Position numbers and translations under genes: made by a program | Notes under the pieces: generated by a model | Told to the model about the DNA's origin: nothing | The model's input: the letters and a program-made list of their open reading frames with translations, nothing else | Database searches by the model: none | Part shown: positions 51,489 through 61,977 of the stretch, one piece after another | How the letters are laid out: each line of letters begins with the position of its first letter | Numbering within the stretch: position 1 is the first letter of the stretch | Source: an uncultured Desulfatitalea sp. | GTDB lineage: Bacteria; Desulfobacterota; Desulfobacteria; Desulfobacterales; Desulfosarcinaceae | Length of the DNA: 64,000 nucleotides | Assembly: GCA_963668675.2 (NCBI GenBank) | Contig: CAXXMB010000002.1 | Location: forward strand, 1,248,001 to 1,312,000 | Direction: 5' to 3'

Positions 51489-52889
51489 ATGAAGAATGGG
51501 GTAAAAATCCTGGCTGGCGGCACGATCCTGACGCTGGCCCTCGCTGTCCTGCTCATTGGCGCTGCAGTCGGCCAGCAGAAGAATATGCCCACCGAAAAGG
51601 CCTTTCGCATCGAACGCAGCATGCCGCCCGAAGCAATGGCCTGCCTCGAATGCCACAAAAGTGAACACCCGGGCCTTTTCGCAGACTGGACGCGCAGCCG
51701 ACACGCCAGCGCCAACATCACTTGCTACGACTGCCATGCGGCCGAAGCCCACGACAAGGATGTCAGCCAGGCCCATTACAAACAGTACGAACGATCTGAT
51801 CTGAAGTACGGCCGCAAAGAGTATAAGGTGCCGGTGGCGGCCGTGGTCACCCCCAAAGATTGCTCACGCTGCCATCCCGACGAAGCCCAGCAATACAGCT
51901 TTAGCAAGCATGCCAACACCATGGAGATTATTTGGAAAATCGACCCATGGCTCAACAAGGGCATGAACAGCGACTTTGAACGCGCTGCTGGCTGCTACCA
52001 TTGTCACGGCACCATCCTCAAGTCCGACGATGGCGTCCTCGACCCGGAGACCTGGCCCAACGTGGGGGTCGGGAGAATCAATCTGGACGGCAGCAAGGGC
52101 AGCTGCACCAGTTGCCATACGCGGCATCGCTTTTCGGTGATGGAGGCACGCAAACCCGAAGCGTGCGGCCAGTGCCACCTGGGGCCGGACCATCCCCAGA
52201 TCGAAATCTTTATGGAGTCCAAGCATGGCGACATCTACACCGCTTTCGGGGACGAGTACAACTGGAACGCGGCCCCCGGTACCTGGACACCGGGCGTGGA
52301 CTTCCGCGGTCCGACCTGCGCATCCTGCCATATGTCTGGCGCAGGAACGACGCTGACCAGCCACGATGTAACCGAACGCCTCTCATGGGAGCTGCAGGCA
52401 CCGAAAACCATGCGCCCGTCAGAGTTTCCGGCCTTCCCCGCCAAAACCGACTGGCAGGTGGAGCGCGACAAGATGAAAGCCGTCTGTATCCAGTGCCACG
52501 GCAAGACCTGGGTGGACGCTCACTATGTCAAGATGGACAAGGTGGTCGAGGAGTACAACGATGTCTATTTCACACCAGCCGACAAGATGCTGAAGGATCT
52601 CTACAGCAAAGGCCTGCTGGATAAAACCAAATTCTTCGACGAACGGCTCGAAGTGGAGTACTACGAACTGTGGCACCATGAAGGCCGCCGGGCGCGCATG
52701 GGAGCCGCCATGATGGCGCCGGACTACTCGTGGTGGCACGGTTTCTATGAGTGTAAAAAGCGCTACAACAACTACATGGAAGAGGCGCGGCATCTGATTG
52801 ATACGGGCAAAAAGGCCTATGTCGCCACCGATTACCCCAACGCCACCGGCAGCACCGAAAAGCCAAAAATACTCTTTCCCGACAAATAG
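51489..52889 (+). CDS. Octaheme HAO-like cytochrome c (probably reductive type)
   Basis: Eight CxxCH; CHTRHRFS, CHLGPDHPQ.EI..ESKHG, MAPDYSWWHG. Confidence 0.88.
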   Translation: MKNGVKILAGGTILTLALAVLLIGAAVGQQKNMPTEKAFRIERSMPPEAMACLECHKSEHPGLFADWTRSRHASANITCYDCHAAEAHDKDVSQAHYKQYERSDLKYGRKEYKVPVAAVVTPKDCSRCHPDEAQQYSFSKHANTMEIIWKIDPWLNKGMNSDFERAAGCYHCHGTILKSDDGVLDPETWPNVGVGRINLDGSKGSCTSCHTRHRFSVMEARKPEACGQCHLGPDHPQIEIFMESKHGDIYTAFGDEYNWNAAPGTWTPGVDFRGPTCASCHMSGAGTTLTSHDVTERLSWELQAPKTMRPSEFPAFPAKTDWQVERDKMKAVCIQCHGKTWVDAHYVKMDKVVEEYNDVYFTPADKMLKDLYSKGLLDKTKFFDERLEVEYYELWHHEGRRARMGAAMMAPDYSWWHGFYECKKRYNNYMEEARHLIDTGKKAYVATDYPNATGSTEKPKILFPDK

Positions 52890-52913
52890 GCAATCCCCCT
52901 CCTTGTAAGAATA

Positions 52914-52947
52914 AGAGCCCCCCCGGACAATGGTCCGGGGGGGCTCT
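52914..52947 (+). terminator. GC-rich hairpin, probable terminator
   Basis: AGAGCCCCCCCGGAC-AATG-GTCCGGGGGGGCTCT. Confidence 0.7.
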
Positions 52948-53068
52948 GCACTTGCCTTTTATCAATTCATACCAAGATTATAAAACGTTTGTCAGTGACA
53001 ACGCAGGTGCAATCAGTTCACCTTCAATCTTACCCTTTTGCCGCTCTATTCTTTACTGGAGGAATGCA

Positions 53069-53977
53069 ATGAATACCACCCAACATTTCGATGTCGTTAT
53101 ACTCGGTACCGGTCCGGCTGGCCTGCAGGCTGCCATTCATGCCTCGCGCAAAAAAGTTTCGGTGCTGGTACTGGGTAAAGATACCAAAAGCAGCCTCTTT
53201 CATGCCCATATCGAAAACTTCTGCTGTATCTTCAATGTTAAGGGGGAAGAGATCATCAATACCGGTCGCCAACAAGCCACCGAATTCGGAGCCCAATTCT
53301 ACGACGAAGATGTATTATCCATCGTCCAGCAGGCCCATGGATTCGAATTGGAGACTGAAAGCGGTTCTAAAATACTCACTCAATCCCTGATCATCGCCAC
53401 CGGCACCTATCGCAATCGCTTAGGCGTTAAGGGTGAAAAGGAATTGATCGGCAAAGGGGTCAGCTATTGTGTGGATTGCGACGGCAATTTTTACAAAGGA
53501 GAAGAGGTCGCGGTCGTGGGAAATGAAAGTGCGGCCGTGGACGGGGCATTGACCTTGACGGAAATCGCATCAAAAGTCCACCTGGTCTGTGACCAGCTTG
53601 AGGTATCGGACACCTTGAAAAAGAGATTGGAAAACAGCCCGGTTTCTATTCACCAGGGTGCAAAGGTGAAAGCGATACAGGGCGAACGGCAGGTCGACGG
53701 ACTACAGTTAAAAGACGGCAGCACCATACCCGTCAGCGGCGTTTTCATCGAACAGGGCGCCAAAGGCCTTCTGCAACTGGCGACCAGCTTAGGCATAATG
53801 CTCGACGATGAAATGCGCTACATTCAAACCGACAAGCAGCAGGCCACCAACATCGACGGCATCTATGCGGCCGGAGATGTGTGCGGTCCCCCATGGCAAA
53901 TGGCCAAGGCTGTTGGTGAGGGATGTGTGGCTGGTATCAATGCGGCAACATACGCGAAAAAGCAAAAAGCCGAATGA
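53069..53977 (+). CDS. Thioredoxin reductase-like FAD oxidoreductase
   Basis: GTGPAG, GVSYCVDCDG, GIYAAGDV; ATG 53069 after GGAGG. Confidence 0.85.
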   Translation: MNTTQHFDVVILGTGPAGLQAAIHASRKKVSVLVLGKDTKSSLFHAHIENFCCIFNVKGEEIINTGRQQATEFGAQFYDEDVLSIVQQAHGFELETESGSKILTQSLIIATGTYRNRLGVKGEKELIGKGVSYCVDCDGNFYKGEEVAVVGNESAAVDGALTLTEIASKVHLVCDQLEVSDTLKKRLENSPVSIHQGAKVKAIQGERQVDGLQLKDGSTIPVSGVFIEQGAKGLLQLATSLGIMLDDEMRYIQTDKQQATNIDGIYAAGDVCGPPWQMAKAVGEGCVAGINAATYAKKQKAE

Positions 53978-54132
53978 AGGAACAATATCGTCTATTTGCA
54001 AATAATTCGAAGTAGGCGTAAGGATGGGAGCGGATAGCCGCACGGGTGAACAGGTGGTCGATGAAAGAAGCATGCAAAAAAACTGCGCCCTGACCATAAA
54101 CAGAATTAAACGAATTCGATGTTAAATCAGGC

Positions 54133-55479
54133 ATGACGCAACGCATTGCCATCGTAGACGACGAAGCGGTTACGCTGAAACAGCTTCGCAGAATCCTTGA
54201 AAAAGAGGGATATCAGGTATCTGCTTTTTCGAATGCACGAAGGGTTCTCAAGAGCCTTGAGCAGACCGCCTGCGATCTGGTGATCAGCGATATCAAAATG
54301 CCGGGAATGAACGGCTTCGACCTGATGGTCAACGTCAAACAAAAATACCCCGACATAGAGTTCATTCTGATCACCGGTCAAGCAAGCATCGAAGATGCCG
54401 TCAAGGCGACCAAAGAGGGGGCATTCCACTACCTGGCCAAGCCGTTCACCCCAAATCAATTTCGCCAAAAGGTGGACCAGGCCCTTTGCCAGCGTCGAGC
54501 CGCCGCAGAAGCGCGCCAGACCGCCCAACAAAAACTAGCCTTATCTCCTCCAGTCATTATCGGGAAAAGCCCCAAAATCAAGCAGGTCCTGATCCAAGCG
54601 CACCAGATCGCTCCGGCGGACTGCAACGTGCTGATTACCGGGGCATCGGGTACCGGTAAAGAGCTCATCGCCCGCGCCATACATGGATTGAGTCCGCGGA
54701 ACGAAGGGCCGTTTGTGGCCTTCAACTGTGGTGCTTTAACCGAAAGCCTGATCGACAATGAGCTCTTCGGCCATGAAAAAGGGGCATATACCGGCGCAGA
54801 AGAGAAGAGCCCCGGATTGATTGAAATGGCTAACGGTGGGACCCTTTTTCTGGACGAAGTTGGCGAAATGCCCCATGCAATGCAGGTAAAGCTGCTGCGG
54901 GTGCTTCAGGAGAGGGAGCTGTTGCGGGTGGGCGGCCGGCGCCCCATTGCCCTGGATGTGCGGGTCATCTCAGCGACATCAAAAGATCTAAAGACCGCCG
55001 TGGCCGACGGGTCCATGCGCACGGATTTCTTTTTCAGAATCAATGTGTTCAGCATCGAATTACCGCCGTTGAGCGAACGACGGGAAGATATTCCCCTATT
55101 GGCGTATCATATTCTCAATACCTTGCAAGCCCACGGATCAATGGCCATATCCGCCATTTCCCAGAGTGCTCTGGAGCTGCTGACCAAATATGCGTATCCA
55201 GGTAATATCAGAGAGCTGGAAAATATTTTGGAACGAGCAGTTGCTATCTGCAACGGCCAGGTGATCCGTGTTTCCGATCTACCGGCCGATCTGAGTGAAT
55301 ATGATTTGATCACCTACCAGCGCCCTGAAGGGCAACTGATGACCCTTGAAGAGTTGGAACAAGACTATATTGCCCATGTGTTGAAGCTTACCGATGGCGT
55401 TCGCAACCGAACCGCCGAAATATTGGGCATCGATCGTGCGTCTCTCTGGCGAAAAATCAAAAAATACAGCTTGGAATAG
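54133..55479 (+). CDS. NtrC-family sigma54 response regulator (REC-AAA-HTH)
   Basis: REC domain; GASGTGKE; GAYTGA; FLDEVGE; YPGNIREL; C-terminal HTH. Confidence 0.93.
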   Translation: MTQRIAIVDDEAVTLKQLRRILEKEGYQVSAFSNARRVLKSLEQTACDLVISDIKMPGMNGFDLMVNVKQKYPDIEFILITGQASIEDAVKATKEGAFHYLAKPFTPNQFRQKVDQALCQRRAAAEARQTAQQKLALSPPVIIGKSPKIKQVLIQAHQIAPADCNVLITGASGTGKELIARAIHGLSPRNEGPFVAFNCGALTESLIDNELFGHEKGAYTGAEEKSPGLIEMANGGTLFLDEVGEMPHAMQVKLLRVLQERELLRVGGRRPIALDVRVISATSKDLKTAVADGSMRTDFFFRINVFSIELPPLSERREDIPLLAYHILNTLQAHGSMAISAISQSALELLTKYAYPGNIRELENILERAVAICNGQVIRVSDLPADLSEYDLITYQRPEGQLMTLEELEQDYIAHVLKLTDGVRNRTAEILGIDRASLWRKIKKYSLE

Positions 55480-55663
55480 CGCGTTGAATTCTGCAACATT
55501 GCCGTTCGCTTTTGCGACATCGCAATCTTGCCGCATCGAATCAGCCCCCTCGCACAAGCGATCTCTCACGGCGTTACAAAATGCAACATTCCGATCCCCT
55601 CCTTATGCTGCCATAATTCCATTTTTTTCCTATAATACCTATAAGTTAAAAACATCGTAACAC

Positions 55664-55678
55664 TGGCAAGATTATTGC
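55664..55678 (+). promoter_or_regulatory. Sigma54 promoter of the USP-SLC13 operon
   Basis: TGGCAAGATTATTGC; upstream GCAAC/TTGC-rich UAS-like tracts at ~55490-55590. Confidence 0.8.
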
Positions 55679-55710
55679 GGTGATAGCTCCTCTAAAACAC
55701 AGGGGAGCCC

Positions 55711-56133
55711 ATGTTTCGCGACATAATCATTGTATTCGATGACCTTAAGACATGCCCTGAGGCTTTGACCTATGGCCGTGAGTTCGCCTTGCGCATGGAT
55801 GCCAGGACAACGTTGCTGGTGCTCGTCCCCATGCGATTCGCCGGCAGGACACTCTTGGGATCACAGCGAACCGTCTTGAATCGCATCGAAAAACGCGCCG
55901 CCGAGTTGCTGTCGAATGCATCAGCACCCTTTCTTCAGCAAGGCCTCGAAATCAGCTCAGCGATCAGAGTCGGCGAACCGGGTCAGGAGCTTTTAAAATT
56001 TTTGGCAGACCGCCCGCCGGTTCAGGCTGTTATCTGGGGCAGCGGGACCGATCTACCGAGCAGAGGCCACTGGATGACAAGGGCGGCCGGCAACATGGAG
56101 TGCCCATTACTCACAGTGAGCAAAAAAATGTAG
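55711..56133 (+). CDS. Universal stress protein-like
   Basis: FRDIIIVFD, IRVGEP, VIWGS, ECPLLTV. Confidence 0.75.
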   Translation: MFRDIIIVFDDLKTCPEALTYGREFALRMDARTTLLVLVPMRFAGRTLLGSQRTVLNRIEKRAAELLSNASAPFLQQGLEISSAIRVGEPGQELLKFLADRPPVQAVIWGSGTDLPSRGHWMTRAAGNMECPLLTVSKKM

Positions 56134-56168
56134 GCATATTACTATCAACCTGAATTTGCGGAGTGACA

Positions 56169-57980
56169 ATGGATCCTTTGACAACAGATATGATTCTTGT
56201 AATGGGCATGATCGCGCTGGCCGTTTTTCTATTCGTCGTTGAGTGGGTAAGGGTGGATGTCGTTGCGATCTTAATGATGGTCAGCTTGCCTTTGTTGCAC
56301 CTGGTCACCCCCAAAGAGGCGTTCATCGGCATGAGCAGCAATGCGGTGATCTCAATCATCGCCGTGATCATCATCGGTGCCGGTCTCGACAGAACCGGCA
56401 TCATAAACAAATTGGTGTCGCCGGTCATGCGGATTGCAGGCAAAAGCACCTCGCGGATCATTGTCGCCATCTCTGTAACTGTCGCCTTTATTTCCAGCTT
56501 TATGCAAAACATCGGTGCAGCCGCCCTCTTTTTACCTGCGATACAACGGATCAGCAAAATGCAAAAGATTCCGTTGAGCCGACTTCTCATGCCGATCGGT
56601 TTCAGCGCCATCCTGGGCGGCACCATCACCCTCGTCGGTTGCAGCCCGCTCATTCTGCTCAACGACTTATTGGCACCGTTCGGCCTCGAGCCGTTCGGTC
56701 TTTTCGATGTCACCCCCATCGGTTTGGCCCTCGTTGCCAGCGGAATCGCCTGCTTCATTATCTTCGGCCGTTTCCTTTTACCCCAGGGGGATGGCGAAGA
56801 CGGCCTGCATGGCGAAACAAGCGATAGAGGCGAAGAGGATTTCAACGATCTGGGCGAGATGTATGAATTGACCCTGCCCGACGATTTCACCCACTATCGC
56901 GACCCGGTATTGGTCAGTAATTTGCGCAAACGCTATCTTTGTAATGTCATCGCCATGACCGAACCCCCTGATTTTAAAACCATATCACCGGCAGCTGATA
57001 TGGCCTTGCACTCGGGGATCGAAATTGTGGTTTTCGGCCGCAAGGCCGATGTGGATCGCATGGCGGCGGCCGAAGGCATGACCGTCAAAGACAGCCTGGA
57101 AACCTACCGCTTCGAATTGGATGCCAGCAAGTCCGGGACAGTGGACGCCGTGGTCTCGCCACGCTCGAACCTTGCGGGCAAGACCCTGCCGGAAATCAAC
57201 TTCCAGGACCGATATCGTATCAGCCCTTTGAGCATCTATCGTCAGGATGAAACCTACCGGGCCAAAATGGGAGATATCCGGCTCCAGGTCGGTGATGTCA
57301 TTCGTCTGTACGGAACCTGGAAACGGCTCAAGGTGCTGCAACAAGATGGTGGTTTATTGTTCAATATCCCGACTGAGATGGAGTACATGCGCCCGGAAAA
57401 GGCGATATGGGCCGGCATTTGGCTAGTCACCTCGCTCACCATGATCATGGGGTTTCACATCCAGCTCTCGGTATCGCTGATGACCGGTGCTCTGGGCATG
57501 GTGATCACACGGGTATTGACCGTCGATGAGGCCTATCAATCAGTGGACTGGCGCACCATTTTCCTGCTGGCCGGATTAATCCCGCTGGGCATCGCCACTC
57601 AAAAAACCGGCACGGCCGCATGGATCGCCCAAGGTGTGCTTCAACTCATCGGCGATGTATCACCGATCATATTGCTTTCCGTCATCGGCGTGTTGTCCAC
57701 ACTTTTTACATTGGTGATTTCAAATGTGGGCGCCACTGTGCTGTTGGTTCCGCTGGTTGTCAACATGGCCATTGCCGCCCACATAGACCCGCGCATGGCA
57801 GCATTGGTCGTCGGTCTGGCCACGAGCAACTCATTTGTACTGCCGACCCATCAAGTCAATGCGCTCTATATGGGGCCGGGCCGTTACCGCACCTTTGACT
57901 TCCTGAAGGCCGGCAGCTTGGTCAGCGTCGTATTTCTGGTGGTCATGATTGTAATGATCAGCCTTATCTACGGTATTTAA
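56169..57980 (+). CDS. SLC13/DASS permease with TrkA_C domains (sulfate/dicarboxylate)
   Basis: FMQNIGA, GGTITLVG, ISNVGA, PTHQVNAL; central RCK_C repeats. Confidence 0.88.
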   Translation: MDPLTTDMILVMGMIALAVFLFVVEWVRVDVVAILMMVSLPLLHLVTPKEAFIGMSSNAVISIIAVIIIGAGLDRTGIINKLVSPVMRIAGKSTSRIIVAISVTVAFISSFMQNIGAAALFLPAIQRISKMQKIPLSRLLMPIGFSAILGGTITLVGCSPLILLNDLLAPFGLEPFGLFDVTPIGLALVASGIACFIIFGRFLLPQGDGEDGLHGETSDRGEEDFNDLGEMYELTLPDDFTHYRDPVLVSNLRKRYLCNVIAMTEPPDFKTISPAADMALHSGIEIVVFGRKADVDRMAAAEGMTVKDSLETYRFELDASKSGTVDAVVSPRSNLAGKTLPEINFQDRYRISPLSIYRQDETYRAKMGDIRLQVGDVIRLYGTWKRLKVLQQDGGLLFNIPTEMEYMRPEKAIWAGIWLVTSLTMIMGFHIQLSVSLMTGALGMVITRVLTVDEAYQSVDWRTIFLLAGLIPLGIATQKTGTAAWIAQGVLQLIGDVSPIILLSVIGVLSTLFTLVISNVGATVLLVPLVVNMAIAAHIDPRMAALVVGLATSNSFVLPTHQVNALYMGPGRYRTFDFLKAGSLVSVVFLVVMIVMISLIYGI

Positions 57981-58014
57981 AGAAAAAAACAGATCGTCAG
58001 AAGGAGTAAATAGA

Positions 58015-58827
58015 ATGGCCATTATTACCATCTCAAGAGGTTCTTATTCAAAGGGCAAAGCGGTAGCTGAACAGGTCGCTGCAAAGCTGGCTTACAGCGT
58101 CATCAGTCGAGATCTGCTGCTCGACGCCAGTGAACGCTACCATATCCCCGAAATCAAATTGATCAGAGCGATTCATGATGCACCGGGCATCCTGGAACGC
58201 TTCAGCCACAGCAAACAGGCCTATCTTGCCTATATACGAGCGGCCCTGACCCGTCGAATATGCGAAGATAACGTCGTTTACCACGGCCTGGCGGGCCATA
58301 TCATGCTCAAAGGCATATCGGGGGTGCTGAAGGTGCGCATCATCGCGGATCTTGAAATGAGAGTCCAAAGCGAAATGAAGCGTAAAAACATAAGCGCCCA
58401 AGAGGCACGCACCCTGCTCATCAAAGACGACCAGCAGCGCCGCGGATGGACAAAGAGCATCCACGGCGTCGATCCCTGGGACAGTAATCTTTACGATCTT
58501 GTGATTCGGATCGATCAACTGTCGGTGGCAGATGCGGTTACCATCATCTGCCAAGCCACAGAGAGCGATGGCTTTCGAATCACCGAGGAGCGCCTGCGCA
58601 AAATCACTGACTTCACCCTGGCATGCCAGATAAAGGCGGAATTGGTCGAAGAGTTTCCCTCCGTTGGCGTAGCTTGCCAGTATGGCAATGTCGTTGTCTA
58701 TTCAACGGACCGCGAGCCGTCCGGAGGAAAATTGGACCAGCGGATCGATCGCATGCGAGAAGAGATTAGCGGCATCTTTAACATTGAAATACACCCGATG
58801 GATCGTCACCCTGAAGAGGCCGTCTAA
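58015..58827 (+). CDS. Cytidylate-kinase-like family protein
   Basis: IITISRGSYSKGK, VYHG.AGH, LKVRIIA, DPWDSNLYDLVI. Confidence 0.85.
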   Translation: MAIITISRGSYSKGKAVAEQVAAKLAYSVISRDLLLDASERYHIPEIKLIRAIHDAPGILERFSHSKQAYLAYIRAALTRRICEDNVVYHGLAGHIMLKGISGVLKVRIIADLEMRVQSEMKRKNISAQEARTLLIKDDQQRRGWTKSIHGVDPWDSNLYDLVIRIDQLSVADAVTIICQATESDGFRITEERLRKITDFTLACQIKAELVEEFPSVGVACQYGNVVVYSTDREPSGGKLDQRIDRMREEISGIFNIEIHPMDRHPEEAV

Positions 58828-58886
58828 AATAGTGATGAGCTGCGGCACCTCGAATTCATCGACGACACAACAACAAGGAGTCCATC

Positions 58887-59714
58887 ATGCCCACTATTAT
58901 CATCTCCTCAGAGCTGGCTGAACCGGAGAAGGAAATCATCTCTGGAACAGCCAAATCGTTAAACTATAAGATTCTGGGGCCGGATTTGTTAAACCACATC
59001 GCTTCTGATCACAACATCCCGTTCGAGCAATTGCGGGAAGCATTGGAGGCGACACCTGCCGTCTGGAGATGGAAACGTTCCAAACGATGGTCCTACCACC
59101 TTGCCTGCATTGAGTCCGAAGTCCTGGAGCGTCTCAAAGCAGACAATATCGTCTGTTGGGGTTTGGCGGCGCACCTCTATGTGGAAGGGGTTTCCCATGC
59201 GCTTAAAATTCGCCTGGTCTCGGATCGCACGCAACGCGTTGGGGCAATTGCCGAAGAAAAGAACATCTCACAGCAGCGTGCTGAAAAAATTCTGAACGAT
59301 GAAGAGCGACGAAGACAACAATGGTCTGTTGCGGCTTTTGGGCAGGACGAACTAAATCCATCACTGTATGACATGGTGCTCAAACTGGGCCAAATCGCCC
59401 CGGATGAAGCCGTTCAGGCAATTACTTCTGCAGCCGGATACCGGAAATTCAAACCGATGACCTACTCGATAAAAAATTTAAACGATATCGCCCTTGCCGC
59501 CAAAGTAAAAACCAAGCTATTGACCTCGCTGACAGATGTCAGCGTCGAGGCGATGGATGGCAAAGTTGTGGTCACCAGTAAAGCCTTGAAAAGGGAACGG
59601 CAGAAGAAAACGACGACGATCAAGGATATCGCCGGCGCTGTTGAGGGCGTAGAATACGTTGAGGTCCATTTGATCAACTATGTCATCAGAGAAGCTGCCG
59701 AGAGTTATCGCTAA
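58887..59714 (+). CDS. Cytidylate-kinase-like family paralogue with degenerate P-loop
   Basis: WGLAAH, LKIRLV, NPSLYDMVL; BON-like C-terminus. Confidence 0.8.
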   Translation: MPTIIISSELAEPEKEIISGTAKSLNYKILGPDLLNHIASDHNIPFEQLREALEATPAVWRWKRSKRWSYHLACIESEVLERLKADNIVCWGLAAHLYVEGVSHALKIRLVSDRTQRVGAIAEEKNISQQRAEKILNDEERRRQQWSVAAFGQDELNPSLYDMVLKLGQIAPDEAVQAITSAAGYRKFKPMTYSIKNLNDIALAAKVKTKLLTSLTDVSVEAMDGKVVVTSKALKRERQKKTTTIKDIAGAVEGVEYVEVHLINYVIREAAESYR

Positions 59715-59789
59715 TCGGCCAAAACAATCCAGCGGCGGTTGTGGTTTGCCAGCTTGCCGCTCCTGCTTTAGCATGCTAAGGAGGTCTTT

Positions 59790-60191
59790 ATGTCTGAAAC
59801 GTTGCAAATTCTCTTATTGGATGATGAGCCCATTGTGGGCAAAAGGCTAAAACCGGCACTCACGAAAATCGGCTGCGAAGTGGAGGTCTTTCAGGATCCC
59901 ATTGCGGCGGTGGCGCGCATCGATCAAAAAGAGTTCGACATCGTCGTCACGGATATCCGCATGGACGAACTTGACGGCATGCAGGTATTGGAGCATGTCC
60001 ACAACAAATCCCCCCGAACCAAGGTGATCATGATCACTGGTTACGCCATGATTGCACTGGCCCGCGAGGCAATGGAAAGGGGAGCGTTTGACTTTATCGC
60101 CAAACCTTTCAAACCCGACGATCTGAGGAAAGTGATTGCCAAGGCTGCTCAGGCGCTGGGATCTCCTATCCATTTTCAATCGATGGGTTAG
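59790..60191 (+). CDS. Single-domain response regulator
   Basis: LLLDDE, VVTDIRM, ITGY, IAKPF. Confidence 0.92.
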   Translation: MSETLQILLLDDEPIVGKRLKPALTKIGCEVEVFQDPIAAVARIDQKEFDIVVTDIRMDELDGMQVLEHVHNKSPRTKVIMITGYAMIALAREAMERGAFDFIAKPFKPDDLRKVIAKAAQALGSPIHFQSMG

Positions 60192-60304
60192 GGAAATAGG
60201 ATCTTCGTCTTCAACTTTTGTCCGAAGTAATGTTGGACGAACTGACCAAGTGTCATTGCCATCAATTTACGCAATATGGGTTAATTGCAGACAGGGGCGC
60301 CTGA

Positions 60305-61873
60305 ATGAGCCAAGCAGAAGGGAATCGAGAAGAGAAGAATAAGGATCAAAAGAGCACTATTCAAAATGTCTACAACCAGATGGAGGTCATTGATGCGGCG
60401 CGCACGGCCCTGCTGGCAAGAAAACGATTTAGCGTCAAGATCCAGATCTATATCGCCAATGCACTGGTTTTCCTGTTTGCCTTGGGAATAGCTGTCGTTC
60501 TGATTGCCAATGTCTATCGCATCCAAAGCCGAATGGAATTTCTTGAATTTGCCAACGATTTCTCCATCGAAATTCAACAGGCCCGCCGCTACGAGAAGAA
60601 TTTTTTTCTATACCGCACCAACCTGACAGATGCCTTGAGTCACATCCAGTCAGCCAAATCCGTGTTTACCGGCAATGCCGACCAGTTCGCCTCTATCTTA
60701 GGGCAATCACAGCAGCAGCGCTTTCTCGTTCAACTGGATGGATACACCCAACTGCTTGAAGAGTTGCAACAGGTCGAGCGTCATAATCCGACCCAATTTG
60801 ACGATAGCGCTTTCATGGCCAACATAGAACGCCAGCTGCGCCAATATGGAAAGGATATGCTCACCGAGGCCCAAGGGCTGATGGGTAAAGAGAGGGTTGT
60901 TCTGACCAACACCCTCAAACGCACCCGTGACATCCACGTTCTCTCCCTCGTTGCCCTCCTGATCCTGTTAATTATCGACACCTATTTGCTCGTCAGCCGC
61001 CTCTTTTCAAACCTAACCCGGTTCTCGGCCTATGCGCAGCGGATTGCGGCAGGTGATTTTACACCGATCACACCCCATCGCCAATATCGTGATGAATTCA
61101 CCGACTTGGCCATCGCCATCAATGAGATGATCAAAGAGATCACCAATCGCGAAGCTGCCTTGATCCAAACCCATAAAATGCGGGCCATCGGAACGCTCAC
61201 CGCAGGAGTTGCCCATGAGCTTAACAATCCAATGAACAATATAATGCTTACGACTCACATGCTGATGGAGGACTTTTCAACGCTTTCGGACGAGGAGCGA
61301 AAAGAAATGCTCCAGGATGTAGCCGACGAAACGACCAGGGCCAAACATATCGTCAGCAATTTGTTGGATTTTGCCAGAGAGAGCGCTTCAACGGTGCAGA
61401 CCCTGGATTTAAAAAAGCTTCTTAAAGACACGATCCGTCTTGGAGAAAACCAGATCCGCATGTCCGGCATCAAAATCGAACTGCAGGTTACGGAAAACCT
61501 GCCCTCCATTCATGGGGATGGTCAAAAGCTTCAGCAGGTTTTCTTGAATTTGATTCTCAACGCAGTCGATGCGTCCACAAAAGGAAGTAAAATACAGATC
61601 ATTGCCTTACCTTACGAAACGCCTGATTATGTCGCGGTAAAAGTTGTCGATTATGGGCAAGGAATCCCCAATCACGTGCTGGCTTCGATTTTCGACCCTT
61701 TCTTTACGACGAAAGCCAAGGGCAGGGGGACCGGGTTGGGTTTGAGTGTTTCCCAAGGCATCGTGGCCAAGCATGGGGGGAAGATTCTGGTCAGTAGCAA
61801 TGAAGGCAGCGGTTCTATTTTTACGGTGGTGCTTCCGGTCACAACCTTCCCAAAAAGCATGCATGCTTTTTAA
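60305..61873 (+). CDS. Membrane sensor histidine kinase (HAMP, NtrB-like)
   Basis: Two TMs, HAMP, AHELNNP, FDPFFTTK, GTGLGL. Confidence 0.93.
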   Translation: MSQAEGNREEKNKDQKSTIQNVYNQMEVIDAARTALLARKRFSVKIQIYIANALVFLFALGIAVVLIANVYRIQSRMEFLEFANDFSIEIQQARRYEKNFFLYRTNLTDALSHIQSAKSVFTGNADQFASILGQSQQQRFLVQLDGYTQLLEELQQVERHNPTQFDDSAFMANIERQLRQYGKDMLTEAQGLMGKERVVLTNTLKRTRDIHVLSLVALLILLIIDTYLLVSRLFSNLTRFSAYAQRIAAGDFTPITPHRQYRDEFTDLAIAINEMIKEITNREAALIQTHKMRAIGTLTAGVAHELNNPMNNIMLTTHMLMEDFSTLSDEERKEMLQDVADETTRAKHIVSNLLDFARESASTVQTLDLKKLLKDTIRLGENQIRMSGIKIELQVTENLPSIHGDGQKLQQVFLNLILNAVDASTKGSKIQIIALPYETPDYVAVKVVDYGQGIPNHVLASIFDPFFTTKAKGRGTGLGLSVSQGIVAKHGGKILVSSNEGSGSIFTVVLPVTTFPKSMHAF

Positions 61874-61977
61874 GGCTGGCTTTGCCATGAAAGCCAAGCG
61901 TCCTTTAACACCTTGCAGTGATTACCGAAATTGGGTATCGTACCTGCCGAATGATCTTCAATGCGGATCACTAAACA

